Source: Myxococcota bacterium
GTDB taxonomy: Bacteria; Myxococcota_A; Polyangia; Polyangiales; Sandaracinaceae
Reading direction: 5' to 3'
NCBI GenBank assembly: GCA_036149055.1
Contig: JAYZQJ010000279.1
Location: 1-64,000 of the forward strand
Length of the DNA stretch: 64,000 nt
This document shows, one piece after another, positions 13,550-27,566 of the stretch (positions within the stretch are counted from its first letter, which is position 1; each line of letters opens with the position of its first letter). A model generated the notes under the pieces. It did not search any database. It saw only the letters and a list, made by a program, of their open reading frames with translations, and was not told where the DNA came from. A program made the position numbers and the translations under genes.

Positions 13550-14757
13550 TCGACGGCCTCGAGGATCACGGCGAGGCCCTGGCCGACGCCGATGCAGAGG
13601 GTCGCGAGGCCGAGGCGCGCGCCGCGGCGCTTCATCTCGTGCACCAGCGTGACGACGATGCGCGCCCCGCTGCAGCCGATGGGGTGGCCGAGCGCGATCG
13701 CGCCGCCGTTGACGTTGACCTTCGCCTCGTCGAGGCCGAGCTCGCGCACGCAGGCGAGCGACTGGGCGGCGAACGCCTCGTTGAGCTCGACGAGGTCGAG
13801 ATCCTTCGCCTCGAGCCCGGCCTTCTTCAGCGCCTGCCGGGTCGAGGGCACCGGCCCGATGCCCATGTAGTTCGGGTGCACGCCGGCGACCCCGGTGGCC
13901 CGGACCCGAGCGAGCGGCTTCAGGCCGTGCTCCTTCGCGAACGCGTCGCTCGTCACGAGCAGGCAGGCCGCGCCGTCGTTGAGGGGCGAGGCGTTGCCCG
14001 GCGTGACCGTGCCGCCGTCCTTCTTGAAGACGGTGGGGAGCTTGGCGAGCTTCTCGAGCGAGGTGTCCGGCCGGATGCACTCGTCCTGGTCGAAGGTGCC
14101 GGGCGGCGCCTTCTTGTGCGCGGGCGGGGTCGTGACCGGGACGATCTCGTCGGCGAAGCGGCTCGCCTCCCACGCGGCCGCCGCCTTCTGGTGGCTCGAG
14201 AGGGCGAACGCGTCCTGGTCGGCGCGCGAGACGCCGTACTTCTCGGCGACGTTCTCGGCGGTGTTGCCCATGGAGATGAGCGGGAAGCGCTCGGCGAGCT
14301 TCGGGTTCTCGAAGCGCCAGCCGAGGCTGGTGTCGTAGACCTTGGGCGCCTTGCGCGGGTAGGCCTCCTCGGCCTTCGGCATCGCGTAGGGCGCGCGGCT
14401 CATCGACTCGACGCCGCCGGCGAGCATCACCTGGTGGTCGCCGAGGCGGATGGCGCGGGACGCCTGGATGAGGGCCTCGAGGCCGCTGCCGCAGAGGCGA
14501 TTGACGGTCACGCCGCTCACCTCGTCGGGCAGCCCGGCGAGCAGGGTCGCCATGCGCGCGACGTTGCGGTTGTCTTCCCCCGCCTGGTTGGTGTCGCCGA
14601 AGATGACCTCGGAGAGCGCCTCCTTCGCCTGGGGCTGACGCTCGACGATCGAGCGGATCACATGGGCGGCGAGGTCGTCGGGACGAACCCCGGCCAGCCC
14701 CCCGCGGTACTTCCCGATGGGCGTGCGGAGCCCGTCGACGATCACGGCTTCGGTCAT
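13546..14757 (-). CDS. Acetyl-CoA C-acyltransferase (PaaJ/PcaF-like thiolase)
   Basis: [51 protein letters not shown]. Confidence 0.93.
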   Translation of the reverse strand: MTEAVIVDGLRTPIGKYRGGLAGVRPDDLAAHVIRSIVERQPQAKEALSEVIFGDTNQAGEDNRNVARMATLLAGLPDEVSGVTVNRLCGSGLEALIQASRAIRLGDHQVMLAGGVESMSRAPYAMPKAEEAYPRKAPKVYDTSLGWRFENPKLAERFPLISMGNTAENVAEKYGVSRADQDAFALSSHQKAAAAWEASRFADEIVPVTTPPAHKKAPPGTFDQDECIRPDTSLEKLAKLPTVFKKDGGTVTPGNASPLNDGAACLLVTSDAFAKEHGLKPLARVRATGVAGVHPNYMGIGPVPSTRQALKKAGLEAKDLDLVELNEAFAAQSLACVRELGLDEAKVNVNGGAIALGHPIGCSGARIVVTLVHEMKRRGARLGLATLCIGVGQGLAVILEAVD

Positions 14758-14772
14758 GCTCGTTGTCCTCTC

Positions 14773-15570
14773 TCAGCGCCCGCGGAACTCGGGCTTGCGC
14801 TTGTCGTTGAACGCGGCGAGGCCCTCGCGGGCGTCCTCGCTCTCGAAGAGCCGCTGCTGCAGCTCGCGCTCGAGGGCGAGCCCGTTCTCCAGGCTCATCT
14901 CGGCGCCGGCCTGCACGGCTCGCTTGATGTGACCGACCGCCATCGACGCCTTCTGCGGCGGACAGAACGAGCGCGCGTAGGCCTTGGCCTGGTCGAGGAA
15001 GCCCTCGGCCTCCCACACCTGGTTGACCAGGCCGAGCGCGGCCGCCCGCTCGTAGTCCACGAGGGTGCCCTCGCACATCAGCTCGATGGCCTTGGCCTTG
15101 CCGAGCACCCGGGCGAGCCGCTGGGTGCCGCCGGTCCCGGGGAGCACGCCGAGCGCGACCTCGGGCAGGCCGAGCTTGCCGCTGCCCTTCGCGGCGACCC
15201 GGAGGTCGGCGGCGAGCGCGATCTCGAGCCCGCCTCCGACGCAGTGCCCCTGGAGCGCCGCGATGACGAGCTTCGAGGTGTTCTCGAGGCGCAGCATCGT
15301 CTCGTTGGCGTGCAGGCAGAACTGGTACTTGAAGCGCGGGGTGACCGCCTGGAGCATCCCGATGTCCGCGCCGGCGCAGAAGAACTTCTCGCCCGCGCCG
15401 GTCAGCAGCACCACGTGGCAGTCGTCGTCGAAGCGCGCCTCGAGGATCGCCTGATCCAGGTCGCGCATCATCTCGACGCTGTACGCGTTGGCGGGCGGGT
15501 TCGACAGCTCGATGTGGCCGACGCCGTCTTCGACGGCGAAGCGCACGAGGCCGTTCTGCATGGATCGCAT
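14773..15570 (-). CDS. Enoyl-CoA hydratase/isomerase family protein
   Basis: FCAGADI, GHCVGGGLEIALAADLR, LGLPEVALGVLPGTGGTQRL, DAREGLAAF. Confidence 0.92.
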   Translation of the reverse strand: MRSMQNGLVRFAVEDGVGHIELSNPPANAYSVEMMRDLDQAILEARFDDDCHVVLLTGAGEKFFCAGADIGMLQAVTPRFKYQFCLHANETMLRLENTSKLVIAALQGHCVGGGLEIALAADLRVAAKGSGKLGLPEVALGVLPGTGGTQRLARVLGKAKAIELMCEGTLVDYERAAALGLVNQVWEAEGFLDQAKAYARSFCPPQKASMAVGHIKRAVQAGAEMSLENGLALERELQQRLFESEDAREGLAAFNDKRKPEFRGR

Positions 15571-15629
15571 GCGGGTGGGCTACGGCTCGCGCGAGAGGGT
15601 GTCAACCGGTTCCGGAGCGGCCGGCGACG

Positions 15630-15663
15630 GAAAACGAAGAGCCCGCGAGGTCGTCGCGGGCTC
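15630..15663 (-). terminator. Intrinsic terminator
   Basis: AGAGCCCGCGA/TCGCGGGCTCT stem followed on the minus strand by TCGTTTT, just after stop 15687. Confidence 0.65.
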
Positions 15664-15686
15664 TCGAGATGGGACGGTGAGCGCCG

Positions 15687-18695
<3,009 letters not shown>

Positions 18696-18767
18696 CTTGT
18701 TTCGGCCTCTTCTGCGTCGGGGAGTCAGCTCGCGCGGGCACGCCCGCGGCCGGTCGACGGCTGCGAA

Positions 18768-18796
18768 AGGATGCGGACGCAGCCTCCGTAGGTCAA
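18768..18796 (-). promoter_or_regulatory. sigma70-like promoter for the response regulator
   Basis: Minus strand TTGACC-N17-CATCCT. Confidence 0.45.
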
Positions 18797-18884
18797 GCCA
18801 GGTCGAGGGGCAGCGCGCCCCAGGACGTCCCGAAGCATGGCATCGCGCCCGGGGGCGCGCGACCCCGGTTGGCGAAAGTCTTCG

Positions 18885-18914
18885 TTGACCCCCCGGCGTG
18901 GGGTCGCCTATCGT
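18885..18914 (+). promoter_or_regulatory. sigma70-like promoter for the IPT/TIG lipoprotein gene
   Basis: TTGACC-N18-TATCGT. Confidence 0.45.
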
Positions 18915-18950
18915 CTGCGCCGAGCCGCATCAGCGCGGCAGGAGGTGTCG

Positions 18951-19391
18951 ATGGCGGACCGGAAGCGGACGCTCCGAACGGCGAAGATGATGGGTGTGGC
19001 GCTCGGCCTGGGCGTGCTCGCGGCCGCGGGCCTCGGCGCCTGTGGCGAGAGCGAGGGCGGAGAGCTCGAGATCCACAACCTCGATCCCCGCGCCGGCGCG
19101 ACCGCCGGAGAGCAGCCCGTGAAGATCATGGGCAGCAACTTCCGCCGCGACATCGGCTACACGGTCTACTTCGGCAGCCGTCGCTCCGAGCGCTCGACCA
19201 TCCTCGACGACCACACCCTCGTCGTCTCGACGCCGAGCGCGGACGTCGCGGGCACGGTCGACGTGATCGTCGCGGCCGACGACGGCCCCGCCTACAAGAT
19301 CGTCGACGGCTTCCGCTACGAGGAGATGGGCGGGAACGTCATGGAGAACGTCGGCTCGGCCACCTCGGGCCAGGGCGAAGAGCGCTTCTGA
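18951..19391 (+). CDS. IPT/TIG-domain lipoprotein
   Basis: GGAGG RBS, lipobox LGAC, LDPRAGATAGEQPVKIMGSNF...VYFG...GTVDVIV...FRY. Confidence 0.8.
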   Translation: MADRKRTLRTAKMMGVALGLGVLAAAGLGACGESEGGELEIHNLDPRAGATAGEQPVKIMGSNFRRDIGYTVYFGSRRSERSTILDDHTLVVSTPSADVAGTVDVIVAADDGPAYKIVDGFRYEEMGGNVMENVGSATSGQGEERF

Positions 19392-19395
19392 GCGC

Positions 19396-20745
19396 TCAGC
19401 TCAGGTAGAGCCAGGCCGCGAACGCGGCGGCGACGAGCCCCGTCGCCAGCAGGCCGACGATCCACCCGGAGCCCCCGCCTCGGCGGGCCGGTCCCTCCGC
19501 GCGGTCCTCCGCGTCGAGGCGCAGCGAGACCGTCGAGGGGCGCCCCTCGTCCAGCGAGCGGTCCTCCACCGGACGCGCGGCGGCCGCGAGCTTGGGGCGC
19601 GACAGCGGCATCGGCGCCTCCGCCTCCGACTCCTCGTCGTCTTCGAGCGGCGCCTCCATCGTGGGGAGCTCGTCCCCGAACGGCTCGTGGGTGAGCGAGC
19701 TCGTGGGCGCGACGTGGGAGGCGAGCGTGGCCTCGGCGTCGGCCGCCGCCCGGATGCGGGCGTGGCGGCGCTCGCGGAAGAGGTAGCCCATCCAGTCCGC
19801 CGTCTCGGCCGACTCGAAGTTGGCCCCCGCGCCGGCGATGAAGCCGCGCAGGGCGCGCCCCATCTCTCGCGCGCTCTGCCAGCGGCCGTTCGGATCGCGG
19901 GTGAGCGCCCGCGCGACGATGTCTCCGAGCTCGCGCGGGAGGTAGGGGTCGACCTCGTCGACCCTCGGGATGGGCTCCTCGAGGATCGCGCGCGCGGTCT
20001 GCATCGGGGAGTCGCGCTTGAAGATGCGCTCCAGGGTGAGCGTCTCCCAGAGCACCGCGCCGAGCGCCCACACGTCGGTGCGCGCGTCGAGCTTGCGGAT
20101 CTGGAGCTGCTCCGGGGCGGCGTAGGCGAGCTTGCCCTTGAAGATGCCGGCGCTGGTCTCGGTGATGCGCTGCACCGCCTTCGCGCAGCCGAAGTCCACC
20201 ACCTTCACCGTGCCTTCGTAGGTGACGAAGAGGTTCTGAGGCGAGACGTCGCGGTGCACGACCTCGAGCCGCTGCCCGCCGACCCCCGCCGTCTCGTGCG
20301 CGGCGTGGAGCCCCTCGCAGGCGTCGGCGACGATCCGCGCGGCCAGGAAGGGCAGCGCCTCGAGCACCGGGTCGTGCAGGCGGTGCTCCCAGACCTGACG
20401 GATGACCTCGGAGAGCGGCTCGCCCACGAGGTACTCCATCGCCATGAAGTACGCGCCGTCGGCCCGACCGAAGTCGAGCACCGAGCAGACGTTCGGGTGG
20501 TTGATCAGCGTGGCGATTCGCGCCTCGTCGAGGAACATGTCGACGAAGGCGTCCTGGTCGGCCAGCTGGGCGTGAATGGTCTTGATCGCGACGAGGCGCT
20601 CGATGCCCTCGGCGAGCGCGTCCTTGCCCAGGTAGACGGTCGCCATGCCGCCCGCGCCGAGCTCCGAGAGCAGGGTGAAGCGGCCGAGCCGACTGGGGAA
20701 CGTGCGGGGCTCTCCGACCGATGCAGCTTCGCGGGAGCGGGACAT
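19396..20745 (-). CDS. Ser/Thr protein kinase with C-terminal TM anchor
   Basis: LGAGGMATVY, VAIK, HRDVSPQN, DFG, GKLAYAAPEQ, DVWALG. Confidence 0.92.
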   Translation of the reverse strand: MSRSREAASVGEPRTFPSRLGRFTLLSELGAGGMATVYLGKDALAEGIERLVAIKTIHAQLADQDAFVDMFLDEARIATLINHPNVCSVLDFGRADGAYFMAMEYLVGEPLSEVIRQVWEHRLHDPVLEALPFLAARIVADACEGLHAAHETAGVGGQRLEVVHRDVSPQNLFVTYEGTVKVVDFGCAKAVQRITETSAGIFKGKLAYAAPEQLQIRKLDARTDVWALGAVLWETLTLERIFKRDSPMQTARAILEEPIPRVDEVDPYLPRELGDIVARALTRDPNGRWQSAREMGRALRGFIAGAGANFESAETADWMGYLFRERRHARIRAAADAEATLASHVAPTSSLTHEPFGDELPTMEAPLEDDEESEAEAPMPLSRPKLAAAARPVEDRSLDEGRPSTVSLRLDAEDRAEGPARRGGGSGWIVGLLATGLVAAAFAAWLYLS

Positions 20746-20797
20746 GAACGCCGACCCTACCCCGGCTCGGGGCCCGGACCCACCCCCGAAGCGCCGG

Positions 20798-22516
20798 TCA
20801 GGCGATCTCCGCGCCCTTGGTCCCGAGGTGCTCGGCCCGGGCGTCGCCCACCAGGTTCAGGTCGTCGTCGAAGGGCAGGTCGCCGCCGTGCAGGACGTTG
20901 CCCTCGCGGATCTTCACCTCCTCGCCCAGACCGCGCGCGATGTTGTTGAAGGCGCTGCTGATGGCGTCGGGGCTGCGGGCCGCGGTGATCGGGCCGGTGC
21001 AGGAGTTCCGATAGGCGATGATGTCCTGGTACGCCGGGTTGCTTCCGGCCTGGCCCATGAACACGCGGGCCGCGTCGCCGCCGGCCTTGTTGTAGCAGAG
21101 GGTCACGCGGCGGGTCTCGCCGTCGCTCGACGAGCCGAGCGCGCGGATGTGGTAGTAGCCGCTGTTGCCTTCGGTGGTGACGCAGGCGCGGATCTCGCCG
21201 TCGCGCGCCGAGCCCTTCACGATCACGAAGGCGTTGTTCACGACGGTGCTGTTCGACACCCGGAGCCGCTCGGCGAGGGAGCGGTTGGTGGTGTAGGTCG
21301 ACCAGAGGTGCGGGCCGTTGCTGCCCACTCCGTCGAACGACGCGTCCGGGCCCGGGTCGAGGTTCATCCGGTCCATCCAGCAGTCGGCCGCGTAGAGGTA
21401 GAGGTGGCCGCTCTCGTCGTCGACGTTCCCGCCGGGCCGCGGGTACCAGATGAAGCCGTGGTTGTCGTTCTTGATGGTGCCGCCGAACGCGCGGACGCAG
21501 CCCATGCGCCAGTAGGTCGAGCGCACCGCGCCGTGGTGATTCATGATGACGCGCACGTTGCCCCGGCTGCGGTCGTCCTGCCCGGTGAAGCCGACGACGA
21601 TGCCGTCGAAGAAGACGTCGACGTTGGCGCCGTTCGACTGCGCGAAGCCGCCCTGCCCGGCCGTGTTGACGTGCACCGTCTCGCCGGGGAACGCGACGTA
21701 GGCCTTCGGGTCGCCGGACCCGCCGTAGCGGAACTGCCGGGGTGGGTCGGGGCGGTAGCCGCCCGCGAAGAGGTCGTCGTCGGGATCGAATTCGCCGGTC
21801 GCGCGCAGGTAGCAGATCTTGTCGCCGGCCAGCCCCGAGTCCTGGAGCGTGGCGATCTCGCGGAAGGGCGCGTCGATCGTCCCGTCGGCGGTCGCGTCGT
21901 CGCCGCCGAGCGGGTCGAGGAAGACGAACTGCTCGGTCCCGACCGTGGTGGTCCAGGTGACGTCGACGTAGGAGTCGCCCTCGCGGCCGTGGTCCTGGTC
22001 GTAGACGCGCACGGTGAACGCGTGAGGTCCGGGGGCGCCGTCCGGGGGCACGTCCCAGGCGACGACGCCGTAGCCCTCCGGCACCTCGAACGCGTCGACG
22101 CCGTTCCACTGGAGCGTCTCGCGCACGACGCGGGCGCCCGCGGGGCCCTCGAGCAGCTCGTAGCGGTAGGGCCACTTGCCGAACTGCACGCCGATCGGGA
22201 TCTCGTAGAGCACCCCCGGGTAGGCGTGGCGGTGGCGGGCGTAGGCCCGGGTCTGCTCGTCGGGACGCGGGTAGATGACGTGGAGCGGGAAGTGGCCCTC
22301 GTAGTGCCCCTCCGGCAGCAGCCAGCTCGGCCCGATCCCGGCGTCCGGCGTCCCCGAGTCCAGCGGTCCGCCGTCGAGGCCCGGCCCGCCGTCCCCCGCG
22401 CCTCCGCCGTCGACTCCACCGTCGGCGGCAGAGACGCCTCCGCACGCGACCCCGGCCAGCGCGCCGCCGGCCGCGATCAGGAACCTTCGTCGACCCAGGG
22501 GCTCGTGCTCGCTCAC
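20798..22516 (-). CDS. Tat-exported lipoprotein of unknown function (Ig-like plus probable beta-helix region)
   Basis: GRRRFL twin-arginine signal with LAGVAC lipobox; DG-rich linker; GDDATADGTIDAPFREI motif typical of the start of beta-helix proteins; Asn/Gly-rich C-half. Confidence 0.65.
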   Translation of the reverse strand: MSEHEPLGRRRFLIAAGGALAGVACGGVSAADGGVDGGGAGDGGPGLDGGPLDSGTPDAGIGPSWLLPEGHYEGHFPLHVIYPRPDEQTRAYARHRHAYPGVLYEIPIGVQFGKWPYRYELLEGPAGARVVRETLQWNGVDAFEVPEGYGVVAWDVPPDGAPGPHAFTVRVYDQDHGREGDSYVDVTWTTTVGTEQFVFLDPLGGDDATADGTIDAPFREIATLQDSGLAGDKICYLRATGEFDPDDDLFAGGYRPDPPRQFRYGGSGDPKAYVAFPGETVHVNTAGQGGFAQSNGANVDVFFDGIVVGFTGQDDRSRGNVRVIMNHHGAVRSTYWRMGCVRAFGGTIKNDNHGFIWYPRPGGNVDDESGHLYLYAADCWMDRMNLDPGPDASFDGVGSNGPHLWSTYTTNRSLAERLRVSNSTVVNNAFVIVKGSARDGEIRACVTTEGNSGYYHIRALGSSSDGETRRVTLCYNKAGGDAARVFMGQAGSNPAYQDIIAYRNSCTGPITAARSPDAISSAFNNIARGLGEEVKIREGNVLHGGDLPFDDDLNLVGDARAEHLGTKGAEIA

Positions 22517-22595
22517 GCTCTCGCTCCTCCGCTACGGTGAGGAGAGAGGCTGCGACGGCGGCCGAACGGGCGCCACTAATCTCCGCTGATCGACC

Positions 22596-24230
22596 TCAGC
22601 GCGGCCAGGCGAGGATGATCACGACGGCGATCGCGTTGGGCCCGGTGTCGGGGCGCGTGCCCTGGGCGACGCCGATCCCGACGTGGCGCACGTCGGGATC
22701 GAGGGTCGGCTCGATCGCGCCCGCCTCGCCGACGTCGGCGACGATCGCCATCACCCCGCCGAGGCGCCGATAGGCGATCGCGAAGCGGCGGAGGCTGGCG
22801 CTGGCGTCGTCGACCGTGTCCTGCTGCGAGAGGCTCGGGTCGGCGAAGAACTCCTCGGCCGCGCGCTGCGCCGCCTCGGAGAGATGATCCTGCAGCTCCA
22901 CCGGGGGCGCGCCGCGGGCGCTCCGGCTCCGGTTGATGAGCCCCTCGAGGCGCTCGGACGCGTCGCTGAGATCCACGCGCTCGGCCATGCGCACGAAGAC
23001 CTCGGTCACGATGAAGGCGCTCCGCGCGCCCTCGGGCTGGGCGACCACGCCGATGCCCACGTGGGTCACGTCCGGGTTGACCAGGTTGGCCCGATGCCCG
23101 GGGCTCTCCATGAGCCCTCGGTGGATCTCGGCCGCCGAGTAACCGCGCCCGATGTTCTCGAGCACGAGGCCGCTCTGGAGCCCGCTGGCCCGCACCCGGT
23201 CGGCGGGCGTGCCGGTGCGCGGAGACTGATGGCCGATGTAGTCCTGCGCGACCATGTCCCGGCTGTGACCGAGCGCGACCTCGCGGAGGCCCGCGTGCTC
23301 GGTCAGCTCGCCGAGCCCCGCCCCGCGCCGGGTCTCGTTGAGCATCTCGAGCAGCTCGCGTCGGACGCTCTCCACGTCGCGCCCGCCGGAGTCGGCGCCG
23401 CCGGTGAGGCGCACCTCGCGCGGGATCTCGGTCCCGACGAAGACCGGGAAGTTCGCGATCACGGTGTCGCCGTGCCGGCCGCGGCCGACCACCTCGACCT
23501 GGTAGGTCCCCTCGCCGCCGGTGGGCACGCGGACGTCGAAGTCGGGGCCGCTGCCGGCGGGCAGGCGCCGCACCTGACCGTCGGGCTGCGCGACGACCAC
23601 CGCCGGGTTGTGGTGATCGCCGATCAGCCGCCCGCGGACCGCGATCGGCGCGCCGCCGGCGACCTGCCGCGGCACCGGCTCGAGCTCCACCCAGCGCCAC
23701 GACAGCATGACCACCGCGACCGAGAGCCCGGCGCGCTCGACCACCGCCGCGCCCCACCGGTTGTAGGTCTGGCGATCCATGAACTGCCCGACCGAGCTGG
23801 CGATGCCCTCCGCGAGCGAGTCACCGGGCTGACCGAGCACCATGATGTGCGGGACGGGCTCCACGAGGCCGAGGTGCCGGGCGAAGAACTCGACCACCTC
23901 GTTCGGCGGCGGCTCCCCGTCCGGGCCGAGGCGCTCGGCCACCCACTGCGCGAGGCGGGCGAGGCGCGGGTCGCCCTCCACCGCCATCTCGTGGGCCGCG
24001 CTCGCCGCCGCGACCCCCGAGCGCACCGCGTCGGCGGTCGTCGCCGCGCCGAGCACGACGTCGCCGTCACCCGCGGTCGTGACGTAGGTCGGCACGGTCG
24101 GGGCCGGAGCCTCGACGACCTCGAAGTCCTGCTCGGTGCCGATGGTCGAGCCCTGGCTGCCGCCGCCACAGGCGAGCAGCAGGAGGCCGACGAGGGGGGC
24201 GGTTCGCGTCGCGCGTCGCATCGGCCGCAT
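22596..24230 (-). CDS. CAP/SCP-domain lipoprotein (two CAP-like domains)
   Basis: LLLACGGG lipobox; LEMLNETRR, HSRDMV, ENIG, MESPGHRANLVNPDVTHVGIGV; second degenerate copy ending RHVGIGVAQG. Start could be 24221-24233. Confidence 0.85.
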   Translation of the reverse strand: MRPMRRATRTAPLVGLLLLACGGGSQGSTIGTEQDFEVVEAPAPTVPTYVTTAGDGDVVLGAATTADAVRSGVAAASAAHEMAVEGDPRLARLAQWVAERLGPDGEPPPNEVVEFFARHLGLVEPVPHIMVLGQPGDSLAEGIASSVGQFMDRQTYNRWGAAVVERAGLSVAVVMLSWRWVELEPVPRQVAGGAPIAVRGRLIGDHHNPAVVVAQPDGQVRRLPAGSGPDFDVRVPTGGEGTYQVEVVGRGRHGDTVIANFPVFVGTEIPREVRLTGGADSGGRDVESVRRELLEMLNETRRGAGLGELTEHAGLREVALGHSRDMVAQDYIGHQSPRTGTPADRVRASGLQSGLVLENIGRGYSAAEIHRGLMESPGHRANLVNPDVTHVGIGVVAQPEGARSAFIVTEVFVRMAERVDLSDASERLEGLINRSRSARGAPPVELQDHLSEAAQRAAEEFFADPSLSQQDTVDDASASLRRFAIAYRRLGGVMAIVADVGEAGAIEPTLDPDVRHVGIGVAQGTRPDTGPNAIAVVIILAWPR

Positions 24231-24262
24231 CATGCCTGACGACGGGCGAATCGTCGCGACCT

Positions 24263-25915
<1,653 letters not shown>

Positions 25916-25964
25916 CGTGAGGATAGGGAATCGGCGGCCGACGGCGCAAGCGAGCGCCGAGCTT

Positions 25965-26324
25965 TCAGCCGGCGTCCGATGCCCCCGAATCGGGGCCCGC
26001 GTCGCCGGTCACGGACGCGTCCTCGGCGCCGCCGTCCCCGGCCCCGCCGTCGCCCGCGTCACCCGCCCCGGCGTCGAGGCCGGCGTCCGCCGGCGCGGGC
26101 CCCGAGTCGAGCGGATCGACCCCGGAGTCCTCGACCGGCTCGAAGGGATCCATGCAGACCCCACCCCGGCACTCGAGGTGGCTCTGGCACTCGTCGCTCC
26201 GGGTGCAGGGCTCGCCCGCGCCCTTGCGCGGCTCCGGCTCGTACCCGCCGCAGCCTCCCCTGGACTGCAGGAGGGCGAGCGTGAGGGCGAGAGCACCCGC
26301 GAGCACGGCGCGAACGACGGCCAC
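25965..26324 (-). CDS. Small secreted Cys-rich protein with DAG repeats
   Basis: Hydrophobic N-terminus, GEPCTRSDECQSHLECRGGVC, DAG-rich tail. Confidence 0.65.
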   Translation of the reverse strand: MAVVRAVLAGALALTLALLQSRGGCGGYEPEPRKGAGEPCTRSDECQSHLECRGGVCMDPFEPVEDSGVDPLDSGPAPADAGLDAGAGDAGDGGAGDGGAEDASVTGDAGPDSGASDAG

Positions 26325-26375
26325 CCGAGCAGGATGCGGGCTCCCGGGGAGGAGTCAAACGCCCTGCGCAAGGAG

Positions 26376-26407
26376 CGGTGAACGAACCTCCGCGCTCGCC
26401 CCGTGTC
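26376..26407 (+). promoter_or_regulatory. Conserved upstream motif copy 1 (putative ECF promoter)
   Basis: cggtGAACGAACctccgcgctcgccccgtGTC; near-identical copy at 27514-27545. Confidence 0.55.
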
Positions 26408-26427
26408 GGTGCTGCGGGAGGCCAGGC

Positions 26428-27519
26428 GTGGAGACGACGGCGAGCGCGGAGAGCGTCACCACGGTGGCGCAGGCGGTGAGAGCGGAGCCCGGCTCCGCGG
26501 CGTCGCGCTGGCTCGCGAGGTGGTCGGAGCACATGGACGACGGCCGCTGGCGCGCGCTGATGCGCGAGCTCGAGGACATCTCGCGCGCGGTGGCCCCGGC
26601 CTATCGAGACGTGGCCGAGGCGGACGACGTCCTGGGCGACCTGGTGCTGCTGAGCTGCGAGCGCTGGCTCCCTCGATACCTCGCGGAGCTGAGCGAGGGG
26701 CGGGCGCGGGCCTCCCTCCGCTCGTACCTGCTGCTGCGGATCAAAGGCCACCTGGCCGAGGAGCGGCGCAAGCGACGGCGGCGCCGGCGGTTGCTGCAGG
26801 AGGCGCTGCCGCCGCGGCTCGGGGCGACGGGCGACGTGGACCATTGCCCGGGAGACGCCGATCCCCAGGGTGAGGTCGAGGCCCGCGAGCTGCTCGATCG
26901 CGCCGCGTCCGATCCGGAGCTCGCCGAGATCCTGAGGCTCCGCATGCAAGGCTTCTCGCACGCCGAGATCGCCGCGCGCACCCGCCTCTCGCGCCCGACG
27001 GTGACCCGACGCCTCACCGCGATCGGAGCCCTGCTGGTGGCGCTCGGCGTCGTCGCGCTCCTGCTCCTCCCCCGCGCCGCGGAGCCGCCGCAGCTCGCGG
27101 CCCCCGAGGCGCCGGTCGAGCCCCCGCGCGACGCTCGAGACCAGCCGGCGCCGTTCCCGGCGCTGGGCGCGCGCATGGGCACCCGGGAGGCCCCTGCGCC
27201 CATCATGACGCCTCGACATCTGGAGGACGCATCCACCGGCCCCTACGTCGACGACCCGAGGATGCAGCCGGCCGCCGAGGCGCGCTTCCGGTGGTGCTGG
27301 GAAGGGTGGGGCCCCACGGGAGGCGCGGCGGCGGTGACGGTGGCGGTGCGGACCGACGCCGACGGCCGGGTCGTGGATGCGCGGGTGTCGGGCGCAGAGC
27401 CCCGGCTGGCCGGTTGCCTCCGGGACCACGCGGTCCAGCTCCGCTTCCCCGAGCATCCGGACGCCTGGCTGCGCACTCGCGTCGGTCCGCCGCCTCGGAT
27501 CGAAGAGACGCCGCGGTGA
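26428..27519 (+). CDS. Membrane-anchored ECF-sigma-like protein 1 with C-terminal AgmX/PglI/TonB-C-like domain
   Basis: Region-2-like RDVAEADDVLGDLVL...SLRSYLLLRIKGHLAEERRK; region-4 HTH EILRLRMQGFSHAEIAARTRLSRPTVTRRL; TM ALLVALGVVALLLL; RFRWCW...DGRVVDARV...LAGCL...LRFP. Confidence 0.7.
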   Translation: METTASAESVTTVAQAVRAEPGSAASRWLARWSEHMDDGRWRALMRELEDISRAVAPAYRDVAEADDVLGDLVLLSCERWLPRYLAELSEGRARASLRSYLLLRIKGHLAEERRKRRRRRRLLQEALPPRLGATGDVDHCPGDADPQGEVEARELLDRAASDPELAEILRLRMQGFSHAEIAARTRLSRPTVTRRLTAIGALLVALGVVALLLLPRAAEPPQLAAPEAPVEPPRDARDQPAPFPALGARMGTREAPAPIMTPRHLEDASTGPYVDDPRMQPAAEARFRWCWEGWGPTGGAAAVTVAVRTDADGRVVDARVSGAEPRLAGCLRDHAVQLRFPEHPDAWLRTRVGPPPRIEETPR

Positions 27520-27545
27520 ACGAACTTCCGCGCTCGTCCCATGTC
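27514..27545 (+). promoter_or_regulatory. Conserved upstream motif copy 2 (putative ECF promoter)
   Basis: cggtGAACGAACTTccgcgctcgtcccatGTC. Confidence 0.55.
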
Positions 27546-27566
27546 ACCCTGTGAGAGGGGGAGCGC

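Noticed and set aside
13550..15076. N-terminal extension of ORF 11870..15076
   Set aside because: Out-of-frame overlap with the thiolase and hydratase; Arg/Pro-rich nonsense. The real start is TTG 13549.
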